Below are positions 10,995-29,907 of a DNA stretch of 64,000 bases, piece after piece. The stretch covers positions 368,111 to 432,110 of the forward strand of contig JAWQFM010000012.1 of NCBI GenBank assembly GCA_033442325.1. The letters are read 5' to 3'. The first letter of the stretch is position 1, and each line of letters opens with the position of its first letter. The translations under genes and the position numbers were made by a program. This DNA comes from Salpingoeca rosetta (taxonomy: Eukaryota; Protista; Choanoflagellata). The notes below the pieces were generated by a model. The model made no database searches. It was not told where the DNA came from and was given only the letters and a program-made list of their open reading frames with translations.

Positions 10995-13737
10995 ACAAAG
11001 TTAACAAGTACATCAAGAAGAGCACACCTTGACGACGCCTGGACAGCCCTGGTCCTCACGCACGTCGAGGTGGAGATCGCGGAAGGCAGAGCGATCACAC
11101 ACGTCAATGCGATCAAACCGCGAGTAAAAGTCGGAAAACGACATCCAGAACGTGCCGTCAAACTCATCCCGCTCGTGATACTTGCAGCGCCGCGCAACAT
11201 TCGGGTGCCTGCACAGCGCGCATGTGTACCGTATGTGTGCGTGTTGTGTGTGTCGTGTCGTGTCGTGTCGTGTAAATGTGTGTGTGTGTTGTGTGAATGA
11301 AGACGGGCGTGGATATGGCAGAGTGAGCATGTGTGTGAGCATGTGGGTGTACAAGTGCGGCTTTCTATGTGAATGCATGCTTGAGCATGTCGACACCAGA
11401 CCACCATCACAAAACCACCAACATCACAACCAAATGCAGCAAAGAGACATACCGTTCCCAGAGATCGCTCTTGTCGCTCCAAGGTCCCGTCCACTCGCCA
11501 ATGGACCAGGGGTTGCGCAGCTGCACCAGCTCGTACCCGCCAACCTCCTTTGCATCAATCAGCGAGTACGCATGGTGCGACACAAGGCCTGCGTGCGTGC
11601 GCGTGCGTGTGTGCGTGTGTAGATTTGGCGTGCGGATGAGTGAGAATGTGAGCATGCTGCACTGGTGCAAACACAAACCGCATGACAGCAGGGGGGAGGA
11701 GCTATTCTCCTCTCATGTTCATTCTATCCTTCACGCGAGCACATGTACACGCACACATGCAGAGGTACATAGTAAGTACATTGACACACACACACACACA
11801 TGCCCTATCAAAGAACGGACCGTCTGTAGCGCGGGCTTTGTCGTGGATGGAGGCAGCCATCACTGCTCGCTGGCGACAGAACTGGCGGAGCAGCTCAAAC
11901 ATGCGCGTGTGGTCGTTGCGCTCGTATGTGTCACGCAAGAACATTCTGTCCAACAGCAGCCATGCAAGGAGGGGGAGTGGAGGGGGCAAGTACATGAGAT
12001 GACATGGGATGAAATATGAGATTGCGATAAACAGGAGATCCAGCAGAAGGTGACGGCGTAAGTGCACACACTTCATCACGCACGCACGCGAAACCATAGC
12101 AAACACCACATACACGCACATGTACACAAACGTGCACAGACGGACAGGCAGACACACACACACAGACACACACTTGTGGCGCTGCTGCTTCTTGCTGGTG
12201 GTGGCCTCAAACTTGTAGATGTGGCGCTCCCACTGGTCCTTGAGGGCGGAGAGCTTGTAGCTGAAGACGTTGTCGCCAGTTAGCACGTGCCATGCCCAGG
12301 GGCTGCGGCCCCCATCCAGATACGCATACCCGCCAACATACTTGGCAAATGCCTTCTCAATCAGGAACACCCACAACTCGTTGCCCTACACAAAACACGT
12401 GTGTGTGTGTGTGCGTGTGTGCGTGCGCGCGCGCGCGTGTGCGTGTATGTGTATGTAAATGTGCATGTAAGTGTGTGTGTGTGTGTGTGTGTGTGTTTGT
12501 GTTGAGTTCAGGGACGGGTGGAAAGGCACACAAAGGCACATTGAAGTACAAGCACGAGCATCACGTGTGACAGTCCTCAGCAACATCACTCAAGTTCAAC
12601 CGCACACCTTTGGACGGCTGAAATACGGTGTCGTGGTGCCCTTCTTGACGGGAATGAAGTCATCCACAGTCACGTGAATCCACCTTATCAAGCCACAGCC
12701 GCATGTGTCAATAAACACAGCAATGCGTGTGTCACCCCATTTCCATGCACACACATACACACACACTCTAACGCATACAACCCCCCCCCCCCCTCACACA
12801 CACATACACACCCAGCCACAAACACACACGCACATCCAACGCGAGCCGTCTCACTGTTGCTTGCCGACGTCCCAGAAGCGAAGCTTGTACTTGCCGCGAC
12901 CACTGTGCTCCTTCTGCACAAAGATATGGCGGATGGCTTGAGGATACCTGTCATTGTCAGCGCGTGTGTAAACAAAAAGCCAAAGCCAAGCGAAACGTTG
13001 CAAGAAGGAGCGTGAGACGCGAGACATCATCCATGCATGCATGCACAGCCATTTAGAGCTAGTCACAACTAGTCACACGAAACATGCGCACAAAGGCAGA
13101 CACACAGCCACAGACACACACACACACACACACAGACACACACAGACACACACACACGCACGCACTCTGCCAAGGACGCGAGGGCGGCCAGGAGCCAGCA
13201 GTCGCCAACACCGCCCTGGACAATGTCATCGGGGTTGATGCCATCCTCAAACAGACGAAAGTGCTCGGGCTCGTTGTCTTGATCTGCGCCAGCGGCAGCA
13301 GCTGACGCATGGCCGCGACGCTCCCGCTGCATCTCCTTCAGCAACTCGTCGGCCCGCATCCACTCCATCTTCTCCTCGATGGCGGCCCGCGGAGCCTGGT
13401 AGAACTCGTTGTCGTCGAATGGCTGCTCCTGTGGATCCAAGATTGCAGAGGCGTCGGCGGGGAACTGCTTGTCCTTGAAGCGATACCAACTCGGACACAG
13501 GCCGCGGCACGGTGCGCAGCAAATGGTGCGGAAGGTCCTGTGGAAGAGCACGCCGATGCAGCCCAAGAAGTAGATGACAAAGGCGTTGTAGATGAGCACA
13601 AACGGGCAGCAGAAGATGTTGTACAGCCACCACGCGCCGCCGTCGCAAATGTGCCAGCACGTGTCCAATCGCGTCTTGTGCAGGCATGACGACGATGACG
13701 ACCCGCCACCACCACCAGCCGAGGCAGAGGATGACAT
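10478..13737 (-). CDS. Calpain-family cysteine protease (CysPc only) with N-terminal hydrophobic Cys-rich anchor (~521 aa, 8 exons)
   Basis: Exons 13737-13166, 12947-12855, 12683-12608, 12385-12174, 11945-11821, 11588-11453, 11208-11028, 10648-10478. Catalytic triad intact: QGGVGDCWLL, GLVSHHAYSL, QLRNPW. Also VTVDDFIP, ELWVFLIEKAFAK, DGTFWMSFSDF. Confidence 0.93.
10844..11000 (+). repeat. (CAA)n repeat with CTTAAA interruptions, inside a calpain intron
   Basis: Seen directly. Confidence 0.9.
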
Positions 13738-13879
13738 GACGCTGCTGCTGCTGCTGCTGTGGAGGGGGCGTGATGGCAGTGGTCGATTTGTGTGTGTGAC
13801 CGTTGCTTTTTTGTGCTGTTGGAACTCATTTTTTTTTTGTCCTCTCTCTCTCTGCTCTCTGACAGACGACAACGCAGCG

Positions 13880-15799
<1,920 letters not shown>

Positions 15800-15885
15800 A
15801 GGCAATGCACTGCAATGCGGTGTTGTGTTGTGTTCATGAAACAACCAGTCGAAAAAGAGGGAATGGTGATCGTCATCGCAATCAT

Positions 15886-15955
<70 letters not shown>

Positions 15956-16271
15956 TTTAATCGCTTCGCGGAATCCCAGCGGTTACGACTGGCGCATTTA
16001 CGCCTGACCGAATGTGTTTGTTGTTTGCTTGTGCGTGTGGATATGTGCGTGTTTGGACGTGTTGTCTTCACGTGCGCTCGTTCCCATCTCTCCTTGCGTG
16101 TGTGTGTGTGTGTGTGCGTGCCCGTTGTCGTGCATTTAGCACGCCCACGCAATGAAAAGTCATCAGTGCAACCACAGTCACATCGCAATGGCATCTCGGA
16201 GGCACAAATGTCCAGCACACGGCCAGGTTTACTATGTTCTTGAACTGAGCAGGGCCCATCTAAGAGCGCGT

Positions 16272-16413
<142 letters not shown>

Positions 16414-16577
16414 AAACGAGTCGTTTCCATGCACGCTGCACAAGCACGCATGCACTGCAAACACACCACACTTGTTTCACGCAAGTCAAGCTGGCCACAC
16501 ATGAACTGCAAGGTCTACAAACAACGCAATCAACCACCAACGAGTGTCCGTGCTTGCAGGCAACACACGAGCGCACT

Positions 16578-19552
16578 TCAGTCGAGAGGATCCATATCGA
16601 GGTGACCGTCGCTGCTTCCGCCAGTCTGATTCGCGGATGACGATGACGACGATGACGACGTCTGTCCATGGTGCTGCTGCTGCGTTCGCGATGTGGTGGA
16701 AGCGCCTGGTGGCTGCAATTGCGCACTGGCCGACGGCGCTGCTGTCGCTGTCGCTGTGGATGTGGTTGTAGTTGTTGGAGTCGATGATGACGACGTTGGT
16801 GTTGACGGAACACCAGCAGTTGCAAATTGCAACGGACCAAAGGGCCCAAAGGTGCCCAGTGGCCCTTCCAGCCGCACAGCAGAGACGCGCGGCGGCTGGT
16901 GGCGGGCTCCCTGCGCACCGCTACTCGTGGCCTGCTGGTGCTGGTGCTGGTGTCGTTGTTCATGCTGGTGAAGATGCTGCCGGTGGTGCTGTTCATGCTG
17001 CTGCTGCTGTTGCTGCCGTTGCTGCCGTTGCTGCTGAAGATTCGCGGGTGTCCCAAAGCGAATCATAACCCGTCGACCACCAGGAAGAGCCGTGGTTGTT
17101 TGTGGTGCCGTTGTCGTCGTGGTCGTGGTGGTGGTGCCCGGTGTCGCACCCCCACGCGATGCAGAAGAGGAGGAAGAGGACGACGAAGTTATCGTTGTTG
17201 TGGTGGTAGCAGTTCTTGGGGCACCTGCTGCTGCTGTGGCTGCTGCTGGTGCAGACGAAGTTGATCGGTGCGATGCAGCATGCTCAAGCGTGCGCAGCGT
17301 CTGCCGGCATGCAAGGAAACAATTCAGGGGGCGCCACAACCACGACAAGTGCAGTCCATGGCAAAGTGAAAGCGTAAGTGCGTGATTTGAAGCGAAATGG
17401 GGTGCTATGCGCTGAGGACGATGTGAACACGCATTTGTGGTGAAAGCAGCCTTGCCCGATGAACAGACAAAAACATACGGCAATCACACGCACGAACACA
17501 CACATGCGAGCACACCTGCATAAACAAACGCAAACAAACACAAACACAAACAAACAAACAAACACATACACACACGAATGCACCGCACCCTAAGCTTTGC
17601 GTTGTACTGCCGCTCGAGGGCATATCCCTGCTCGAGAAGATCCAGCTGGCGGTCAGCGACGTGCTGCTCCTCGTTGAAGAGTCCGTCAGCCTCCGCATAC
17701 AGCTGGTCCTGCCCCTGGCACAGCAACAGCGGCGGCGGTGGCAGCAGAGGTGCATGGTGAGTAGCAGCGTCAGCGTGATGTGGTTGTTGTGTACTGATGT
17801 TGTCTTGTGTCTGTGGGCAAAACACCCACCCACATACACTCACTCACTCACACATACACACACACGCACACACACATAATTACATGCACCCCCACCCCCC
17901 CCCCACACACACACACCCCACGCACACGCACACACACAATCGTACGCAGACACACAATTGCATGAACCTGCGGGTCGGTAGCGGCGCGGGCCTGGCGCAG
18001 GAGCTGCAGGCGGCGGCGGCGAAGATCAGTGGCGGTGACGGCGAGCTCGCGGCGCTGGGAGGCGAGGCGCGCCTGCTGGGCCTCAAGCTGCACAAGCTCA
18101 ACACGGAGCCGCTGGCCCGCAGACTCAGCCTGCACTCAACCACATGACCACACGTAACGACGAGAGTGACGTGTGTGTATGTAGGTGTGTGTGCGTATGT
18201 AGGTGTGTGTGTGCGTATGTGTTGTTTTGTTGTTGGGGGTTAACGGAAGCGAATGTGGGGCGAAAATCAGCACGTGATGTGGAAGACAGACTGTTTGCTT
18301 GTAGGGCAAAACAGCGATTCGAACCCAGGTGAAACCAGGGTGCACAAGATACAGATGCGCAGCGTCGTATCGCACAGAAATTACCACGACACCCAGAACT
18401 GCAACCATGATGCATGTTTGTTCATGCATTCGCCTGCCACGCACCCCAGATGAGCTCAGCACGACAGGGTAGGTGAGGTCAATGCTCGTGGGCACATCGT
18501 GCATCCCTTCTGCCATCGGCTGCACAGGCTCTGGCTGCTGCTGCTGTGGCTGTGACTGTGGCTGTGGCTGTGGCTGTGGTTGTGGTTGTGATTGTGGTTG
18601 TGGTTGCTGCAGCAGTTCACTTGGGTGCTGCAGGACAGTGGCAGTGAGCGGCGACATGCCAGGCATCTGAAACTGCGGATTCTGCACAAACGGCTGTACC
18701 CGCGGCTGTTGTCGGTGCTGAGGTTGCGGCTGTTGTCGGTGCTGGCCTTGCTGTGGCTGCTGGCCTTGCTGTGGCTGCTGGCCTTGCTGTTGCTATCAAT
18801 CGTCATGACAAACAAGCAATGAATTGTACCAGTGAGGCGACAAAGGAAGGACTGGGAGGGAGGGTTGTTCGCAACTCGCAATACAATGTGTTTCTGAGAA
18901 AGGACACATTGCCACACACCATATCACAATCCCATGCCCTCATGCACACACGAATAATGTGGCATGATGACAGTTCGCACCTGCAAGTACTGATCGTCCT
19001 CAAAGTCGTGAACGGCGTTCACAATGGACTGATGCGCCTGGAGGGCCAAACAGATGGTTTGTCACAGGTGTGCAAGCAGCACAAGTGTGCAAGTTGTGTT
19101 CCGGGAGGGAGGGGGGAAGGGGCGACAGCGTGCACAAATGGGGTAAGTGAGAGAAGCACACACACGAAGACACACACGGGGAGACACACACTCACACGGG
19201 GAGACACAGAGACATGGGGACACACACACACGCACACACACGCACACGCACACACACGATGCATCCGTCACACGGACACAGATACGTCATAGTGACGCAC
19301 CGAAGCCATGTCCATCTGCAGGTCCTCCAAGTGCTCCAGGATGTGCAGCAGTGGCGAGAGATTTTCGGGCCGCTGCCGTCCAGCCCGCACAAACTACACC
19401 ATGGTGCAACATGGTGTTGGGGACACGCGTCAATAACAACAGAGGCTTAAGACAGCGCTCATACACACCAAACGTGTGCCTATGCACGCACCGACCGCAC
19501 ACACACACAGAGGTACAGACGTACACACAAACACGCCTACACACACACACGC

Positions 19553-19604
<52 letters not shown>

Positions 19605-20416
19605 CGCCTGCCGACCTGGAGCATGACAGATGGGAGGCGACGGAGGGAGGAGATGAGGTCTCTCAGCGTGACGCGGAAGTTAAAGTCGGCTGCTTCCCGT
19701 GCACGCACCGTCGCCTCATCTTCGACCTCTTGACCAGCACGATCACCATCACCGCTACCGTCAGTAGCAGCAGCGTGCTGTTGCTCAGCGTCTGTTGCTG
19801 TTGCTGTTGCTGTTGCAGGGGACGGCAATGACGACGGCGCTGTTGACACGGAATGCGCGCTGGGCGTGGACTCGCTGACCTTCTTCTTCTTTGCCACCTG
19901 TGCAGATGGCTCGTGCGAGGGGCCCTCGCAGTGGATCTCCTCCACCTGCTCACCAGCACCGCCGCCCACACTCGCATTCTCCTCGTCGTCATCATCGTCA
20001 TCATTGCCATCGCCGTCTTGGGTGTCACCAGGGACGCGGGCTGTCTTCGAGACGCCCTCCTTCGTGTTCTTCTGTGCGTCTTCAACCCCACCGCTGCTGC
20101 TGCTTCCCTTGTCCCCCTTTGCCACGCTGCCGCCAACACTGACCTCCGCGTTCGCCGTTGCGCTATCCTCGGCAGTGTCCATGCCATTCGCGGCCCCATC
20201 ACCATCACCATCACCATCACCATCACCATCACCATCGGCGTTGAAGTCTGGGTTGGTCCGGCGGCAGTTGATGATCTGGCGCGGCAGCTCGTCAAGCTCT
20301 GCACACATCCACACAGCAACACACAAAACAGGCCGTAGAGGTGAGCATGTGTTGGAGTGGCTGGTGTACATTTAAGTATGAAGTACGTTGACAGCGTCGA
20401 CAAAATGGGACAAAAC

Positions 20417-20459
<43 letters not shown>

Positions 20460-21265
20460 ACAGGCATGATGAAGGTCATGACATCACGTACGAGACTCGA
20501 GCATGGCGGAGAAGCGGGGAATGGCCGGCAAATCGTGCAGCAAATCCTGCAGACGAAGTTCCACCTCTGTACACACATGCATGCACGTGCACGTGCACGT
20601 GCACACGCACACGCACACACATGAGAAACAATAATGCATAGCGGGCAATTGATTGCAAGGCAAGCCATACATCTTCATGGGGCAACACTTGATTCCCTGC
20701 CACACCTTCGAGTGCGGCATCAAGGGAGAACTGGGATGCCGGATGCTGTGCGCGGTCCCGTTGTTGACCCTGCCCCTGTTCCTGCTGACTCTGCTCTTGC
20801 GCTTGCTGCTGCTGTTGTTGCTGCGGTTGCTGTTGCTGCGGTTGCTGTTGCTGTGGCTGTTGTGGCTGCTGCCCTGGTGCGGGCTGGTGGTGGTGGTGGT
20901 GGTGCGGCTGATGATGGGGGTGGTGGTGGTGGTGCGGATGTTGGTGGGGGTGGTGGTGTCCTGCTGCCATTTGGCGGGAAAGTTGGGCGGCCATCTGCTG
21001 CGCAATGGCGACCGACTGCCGCTGGATTTCGCTCATCTGCTCCTGTGACGGCGCGCCCGTTGCAGGGTCAATGTCCACAACCTGGTCTCCGCCGAGCGTA
21101 AACGCCATGCCCTGTATTGAACACGTGTGAGCGTGTGAGTGCAAGGGAAAGAGTGGAGTTGGGAGCACACGTACGCAACAGTGGGCGACAAGGTGATGGT
21201 TTTTTTTTTTGGGGGGGGGGGGAGGTACGTGGGGAACAATCAGGGAGAAGGGCAATTGACGCGTG

Positions 21266-21331
<66 letters not shown>

Positions 21332-22127
21332 CATCATCATCATCATCATCCTCATCATCATCACATCGCAAGAGACGGCACAGAACTTACGGGGCCGAAA
21401 CCAGGCACTTGGAATGTGGACGTTGGGCCAACCGTCCAGGATTGGGTGTTTGGTGGGGCGGCATGAGCTGCCGGTGGCGTTGCATCCGCGCCATCCGAGT
21501 TGCCCGTGTCGTCAGATGGTGGCTGCGGTCGTGTGGTGGTTACGTGTACGTTGCAAAAGGCCGGTGAGTGTGTTTGCGAGTGAGGAGAGGAAGGAAGCCA
21601 TATGCACAAAAGCAGCATACTGTGCAGGCATGCAGCGCAACGTAGAAGTGTGGCAACTGACCGCGCGTTGCACCAGGTGCACTGTGCTGCCGTCAGAGAC
21701 GCCAGCATCCGCCAGCGTCTGCGAGTCGACAAGAGAACGGCCTTGAAACAGCAAACGCTGTGTTGCAGGCGACATGCCCTGTGTATGTGTGCGTGTATGT
21801 GTGCGTGTGTGTGGGAGGGGGGATTGTGCACGAGTGAATCAATGCTGAGACACTGTGGAAACGAAAGGCACGTTGCATCTGCACGGTGTCATGTTGTTGG
21901 CGCCAAACAGCACTTGCATGCGCGCTTGCGCCATGCACAACACAACACCACTACCACGACTACAGCCAGCATGACAACGGCAACAGCAACGGCAACGGCA
22001 AGAACAAGAGCCAGGTGGCTGTTTGTGTGTCATGTAAAGCGAGGATACAGTGGAAGCTGTGAACACATACCCGAGCGCGCGAAATTGCCTCCTTCAGGTC
22101 AGCGACCGTGCCCTGTCGACGTGATGT

Positions 22128-22166
<39 letters not shown>

Positions 22167-22457
22167 ATGCATGCACGGGCGCATGTATCAGTACGAACGA
22201 GGATGGCGGGTACCAATAACCCACAGCCGACAGCCACGCAGCCATACCGCCATGCACGCAAACGCACACGCGCACACGCGCACAAGCATGCGTATGCACA
22301 CACGCACGTGTACACGTGCACCCACGTCTCCAACAAAAGAGCCATCCATCCATACCTGGCGCGAAACCTCAATTGAGAACGTTTCCTCCGTGATCATGCG
22401 GATGGACACCCGCATCATTGTGGATGAAGAAGACGATGGCGTAGTATTCGTGGACAT
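16578..22457 (-). CDS. Large N-terminal ubiquitin-like-domain protein with Q/H-rich and coiled-coil regions (~1015 aa, 13 exons; BAG6-like layout, orthology unproven)
   Basis: Exons 22457-22356, 22112-22071, 21778-21662, 21522-21409, 21111-20706, 20566-20492, 20298-19616, 19393-19301, 19037-18981, 18792-18445, 18129-17968, 17714-17589, 17300-16578, all phase-consistent. UBL domain: MRVSIRMITEETFSIEV...TVADLKEAI...QRLLFQGRSLVDSQTLADAGVSDGSTVHLVQR. Confidence 0.8.
21266..21362. repeat. (CAT)n trinucleotide repeat, intronic
   Basis: Seen directly. Confidence 0.9.
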
Positions 22458-22747
22458 GGCTGGTGCTTATCGCCCTGGCTGCCGTTGGAATGGAACTGAC
22501 TTGATGTGGTGAACTTGTTGGTCTAGTCGAGTGAAAGGTGCGCGCGATGTACGGAAAAGAGCGGGTTCGACACAACACCAACACATTAGTTAGCAGATCA
22601 TGGCAGATGTGAAGAAAAAGGCAACAACCGCTTCTGTTAGTTGCGCATCGAATTCATCTCCAACACAACTTTTCTTTTTTCATCTCGCGTCTTGCGTCTC
22701 TCGTGGTTTTTGCTGCACTGCTGCTTGTGCTTGTTGCAGAGTGAAGG

Positions 22748-26457
<3,710 letters not shown>

Positions 26458-26510
26458 AGTGCTGTCAGCACACTCTTGCAGTTTCAAAGCGCCAATTATC
26501 TTTCCGTCCG

Positions 26511-26582
<72 letters not shown>

Positions 26583-26609
26583 GTCGTCGTCGCGTCGTGT
26601 GTCGTCTCT

Positions 26610-26941
26610 NNNNNNNNNNNNNNNNNNNNNNNNNNNNNNNNNNNNNNNNNNNNNNNNNNNNNNNNNNNNNNNNNNNNNNNNNNNNNNNNNNNNNNNNNNN
26701 NNNNNNNNNNNNNNNNNNNNNNNNNNNNNNNNNNNNNNNNNNNNNNNNNNNNNNNNNNNNNNNNNNNNNNNNNNNNNNNNNNNNNNNNNNNNNNNNNNNN
26801 NNNNNNNNNNNNNNNNNNNNNNNNNNNNNNNNNNNNNNNNNNNNNNNNNNNNNNNNNNNNNNNNNNNNNNNNNNNNNNNNNNNNNNNNNNNNNNNNNNNN
26901 NNNNNNNNNNNNNNNNNNNNNNNNNNNNNNNNNNNNNNNNN
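26610..26941. other. Assembly gap (N run)
   Basis: Run of N. Confidence 1.
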
Positions 26942-27587
26942 GTCTTCCTTCACACCCCAGCAACGCAGCATGCACCACCACCTGTGTGGTGAGAGGGCTG
27001 GCCCAGCCCTCAGCGTTGTGCAGCAAGACCAGTGAACCACGTTTCGTTCCATGTGAGGTGACTGAGGAGCAGTGAACGTGACAGGCCCCACCAATTGGAC
27101 GCTCGCCATTCCGTCCTCCCTCCCCCCTCTCTCTCTCTTTCCACCGCCAGCATCACCAGCACAAGCACCATTGGTTCCGTTCCGTTCCAGCATTGCTCGT
27201 GGCTCGTCACTGACCTCGGTTTGTTGTTCAGTGGCTTGGCTTGGCTTGGCTTGGCTTGGGGTGCGGAAGCGGGGAGCGCACGCACACAAGAACAGAGGCC
27301 AACAGAGGAAAAACATCTTTCCAGCCCCTTGCAGTCAATTCTGCATATTTGGGCAGCGTTCGCAATGATTTGTCAAAGTTGCACTTTTGGACCAGCCACT
27401 CCGCACTCTCAGCACATTCAAGGACCTGGGTGCTGACGGACGGATGGACAGACGAACGGCTGTGGAGGATGAATGACAGGAAACTTGCTTCCGACGCGAC
27501 CTACCACGCCCTGTGCACGGTACGACTGAATGCGAACCAGCCCTGATTTACACGTTGTCGCTGCGACGTGTGTGTGCGTGTGTCTGT

Positions 27588-27618
<31 letters not shown>

Positions 27619-28646
27619 CCTGTCGGTCCATGTCTGTGTGTGTGTACTTGCGGTTCCTCAATGCTGCTGTGGATTCCATAGTTTTGGTGGCGGTGGTTCC
27701 TCAGACATTGTGTGCCTGTTTCGAGCACACATGCACGCTCTCCTTTGGTTGCCACTTCTCACTTTCTTTCTTTCTTTCTATTTCACACCACACTCGTACT
27801 CGCATCACACAAACATGCACACACAGAGCAATTTGCGGGCTCGTGTACGTGTGGTGTGAGACATCCCCCGACATCCTGCTCAATTTGCGCTTCCCCCCAC
27901 CACCACCACCAGCATCCATGGCGATGATGCGTGTGATGCGTGCTGTCCCATCTGGTGCACTTGTGGCGGCCCTGCACATGCACATCGCCATTCCCGCCAA
28001 TGTCATTTGACCAATGACTGGATGTGCTGTTTGTCAGCTCTTCTCTTTTGCTGTGACACTTTTCCCGTCCTTCCTCATCGTTCTTTCAACGTTGCCCGCC
28101 TTCCTGCCGATAACTTGCTGTCCACACGCGCAGGGGCGTAAGCACGCCCATGTGTACACGTGTTCGTATGCACGTGTTCGTCCTTCCTTCTTCTCGTCTC
28201 CTCGTTCTTCTTCCTTCCTTCTTCCTTCTTTCGTCCCCAGCCCCAACCGTTAACGCCTCATTCAGCCGCCAAATTCAAATTTGTCATGTCTGTCTCTTGC
28301 ACTACTGTCACTTCTCTCTCCCCCTCTCCTGCCCTCCTCTCCCCCTGTCCTCAACTTGACTATTCTCCTTCACTCGCCCCCACGTCTCTTCTGACTCTCT
28401 TTGTGCTTGCAAGCCAGCGCCGCAGCCGTTGTTTGTGTTGTCGAAATATTATTATTATGTGTTGTTGTCGTTGTCTGCGGCTGCTTGGGTATGGCTGGCG
28501 TGCTATATTGCTGTATTACTTCTTCCTCCCCATCGCAACGGTCATTTTCTTCTCTTGTCGCACATCCACACATCTGCCACCGCTCTCTCGCACCTGCTGG
28601 CACGTTCACCCCTTCCCATCTCCACCAAGAAGCGAGCAAACCAAGC

Positions 28647-29039
28647 ATGTCTTGCACCGTTGACGGTGTGTTGCCATCTGTGCATGCGCTTGCTAGCGTG
28701 TGTGCATCGTTGCATGCGCGCTTGCATTTGTGCGTGTGTGTGCTGTACATTTGCACCCTTTCCTCTCTTCCTTCATTCACACACACACACAAACTTGCTT
28801 GCTTGCTTGCGATCGCAATCTCGCTTTGTTGTGCCCATCATATCCATCCTCGCCACCCACCATCATCATCACAACGGCCATACCCACACCATCACCACCT
28901 GCACCTGCACCAGAGCTCTCCTCCTCCTTCCCCGTCGACCTGACGGTGAGCACGGGTGTCAGCATTGCCCCGCGCAGCGACAAGCCAGCCAAAGGAGTAC
29001 ATGCACGCACCCAGGACCGCCAGCAAGGTGGGGCTGTTT

Positions 29040-29079
<40 letters not shown>

Positions 29080-29907
29080 ATATGAGTGTGTGAGTGAGGA
29101 TATGAGAGTGTGGATGTGTATGATGCACTGCACTTCGCACTGCATCTGCACATACACACAGACGCACTCACACACACATGCTGGGCACTCATGTATGCAT
29201 GTATTCATGTGCGCGATCGCTTATTCAACATCTCATTCCGCTTTCGTCTTCTCGCTGTTGCATGCATGCATGCACGCATGTATCCATTCCACACCCCCTC
29301 CCTCAATTACTCTCCCCCCTCCTCTTGTGCTGCTTCGCATGAATGCATGCCTGCAGGCCCCTGGCACAACGTGCTTCGTTTGCCCAGGCGCCGCCGCCGC
29401 CGCCCCTCGCTCCCGGCCACCGAGTCCAGCCCCGCTGCTGCCCGTGGTGGTGGCCGCCGCTCCCGCCGCGTCACAGACACGGATCTCCTTGCCGTGACCC
29501 GTCGTGACGAGGAAACGGGTGCACCTGCTCCTGCTGGCCCCCGCCCGCGCCGTCGTCGCAGCTCGGCGATTGTGCGGCGCGTGAGCAGCGCCCTGCGCAT
29601 TGTCGGCTCTGCCGTGCGCGCCATTGTTCGCCGTAACCGCGCCCCAAGCACCAACAACAGCGACGATGGTGATGCCAATCGCCTGCACGAGGTGTGGAAC
29701 CGGCGCGAGATTGACGGCCACGAGTACACGGGCGGCATGGTGGTGGTTGGGGGAGGCACGCGCGCGCCACCCAACACGCCCGTCACGCCACGGCGCGGGG
29801 AGCCGCCCATGCTGCCGTCCACGCGGTGCAACTGCCGGTCCTGCGCCGCGGTCATGGAGCTGATGCGCCTGCGCGAGCTGCAGGAGCTGAAGAGGGACGA
29901 TGAGTGA
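28647..29907 (+). CDS. Hypothetical Arg-rich protein with C-terminal CxCxxC (~227 aa; 5' end uncertain)
   Basis: Phase-1 exons 28647-28665, 28914-29027, 29357-29907. The last exon is GC-rich and coding-like. Motifs RRPS, RRVT, RRSS, RRVSS and RCNCRSC. Confidence 0.55.

Noticed and set aside
11795-11820. Possible GC-AG donor in calpain (…DRA)
   Set aside because: A canonical GT donor after 11821 gives the phase needed for GLVSHHAY.
26942-27316. Minus-strand ORF running into the first gap
   Set aside because: No recognisable motif; its length comes from Ns and repeats.
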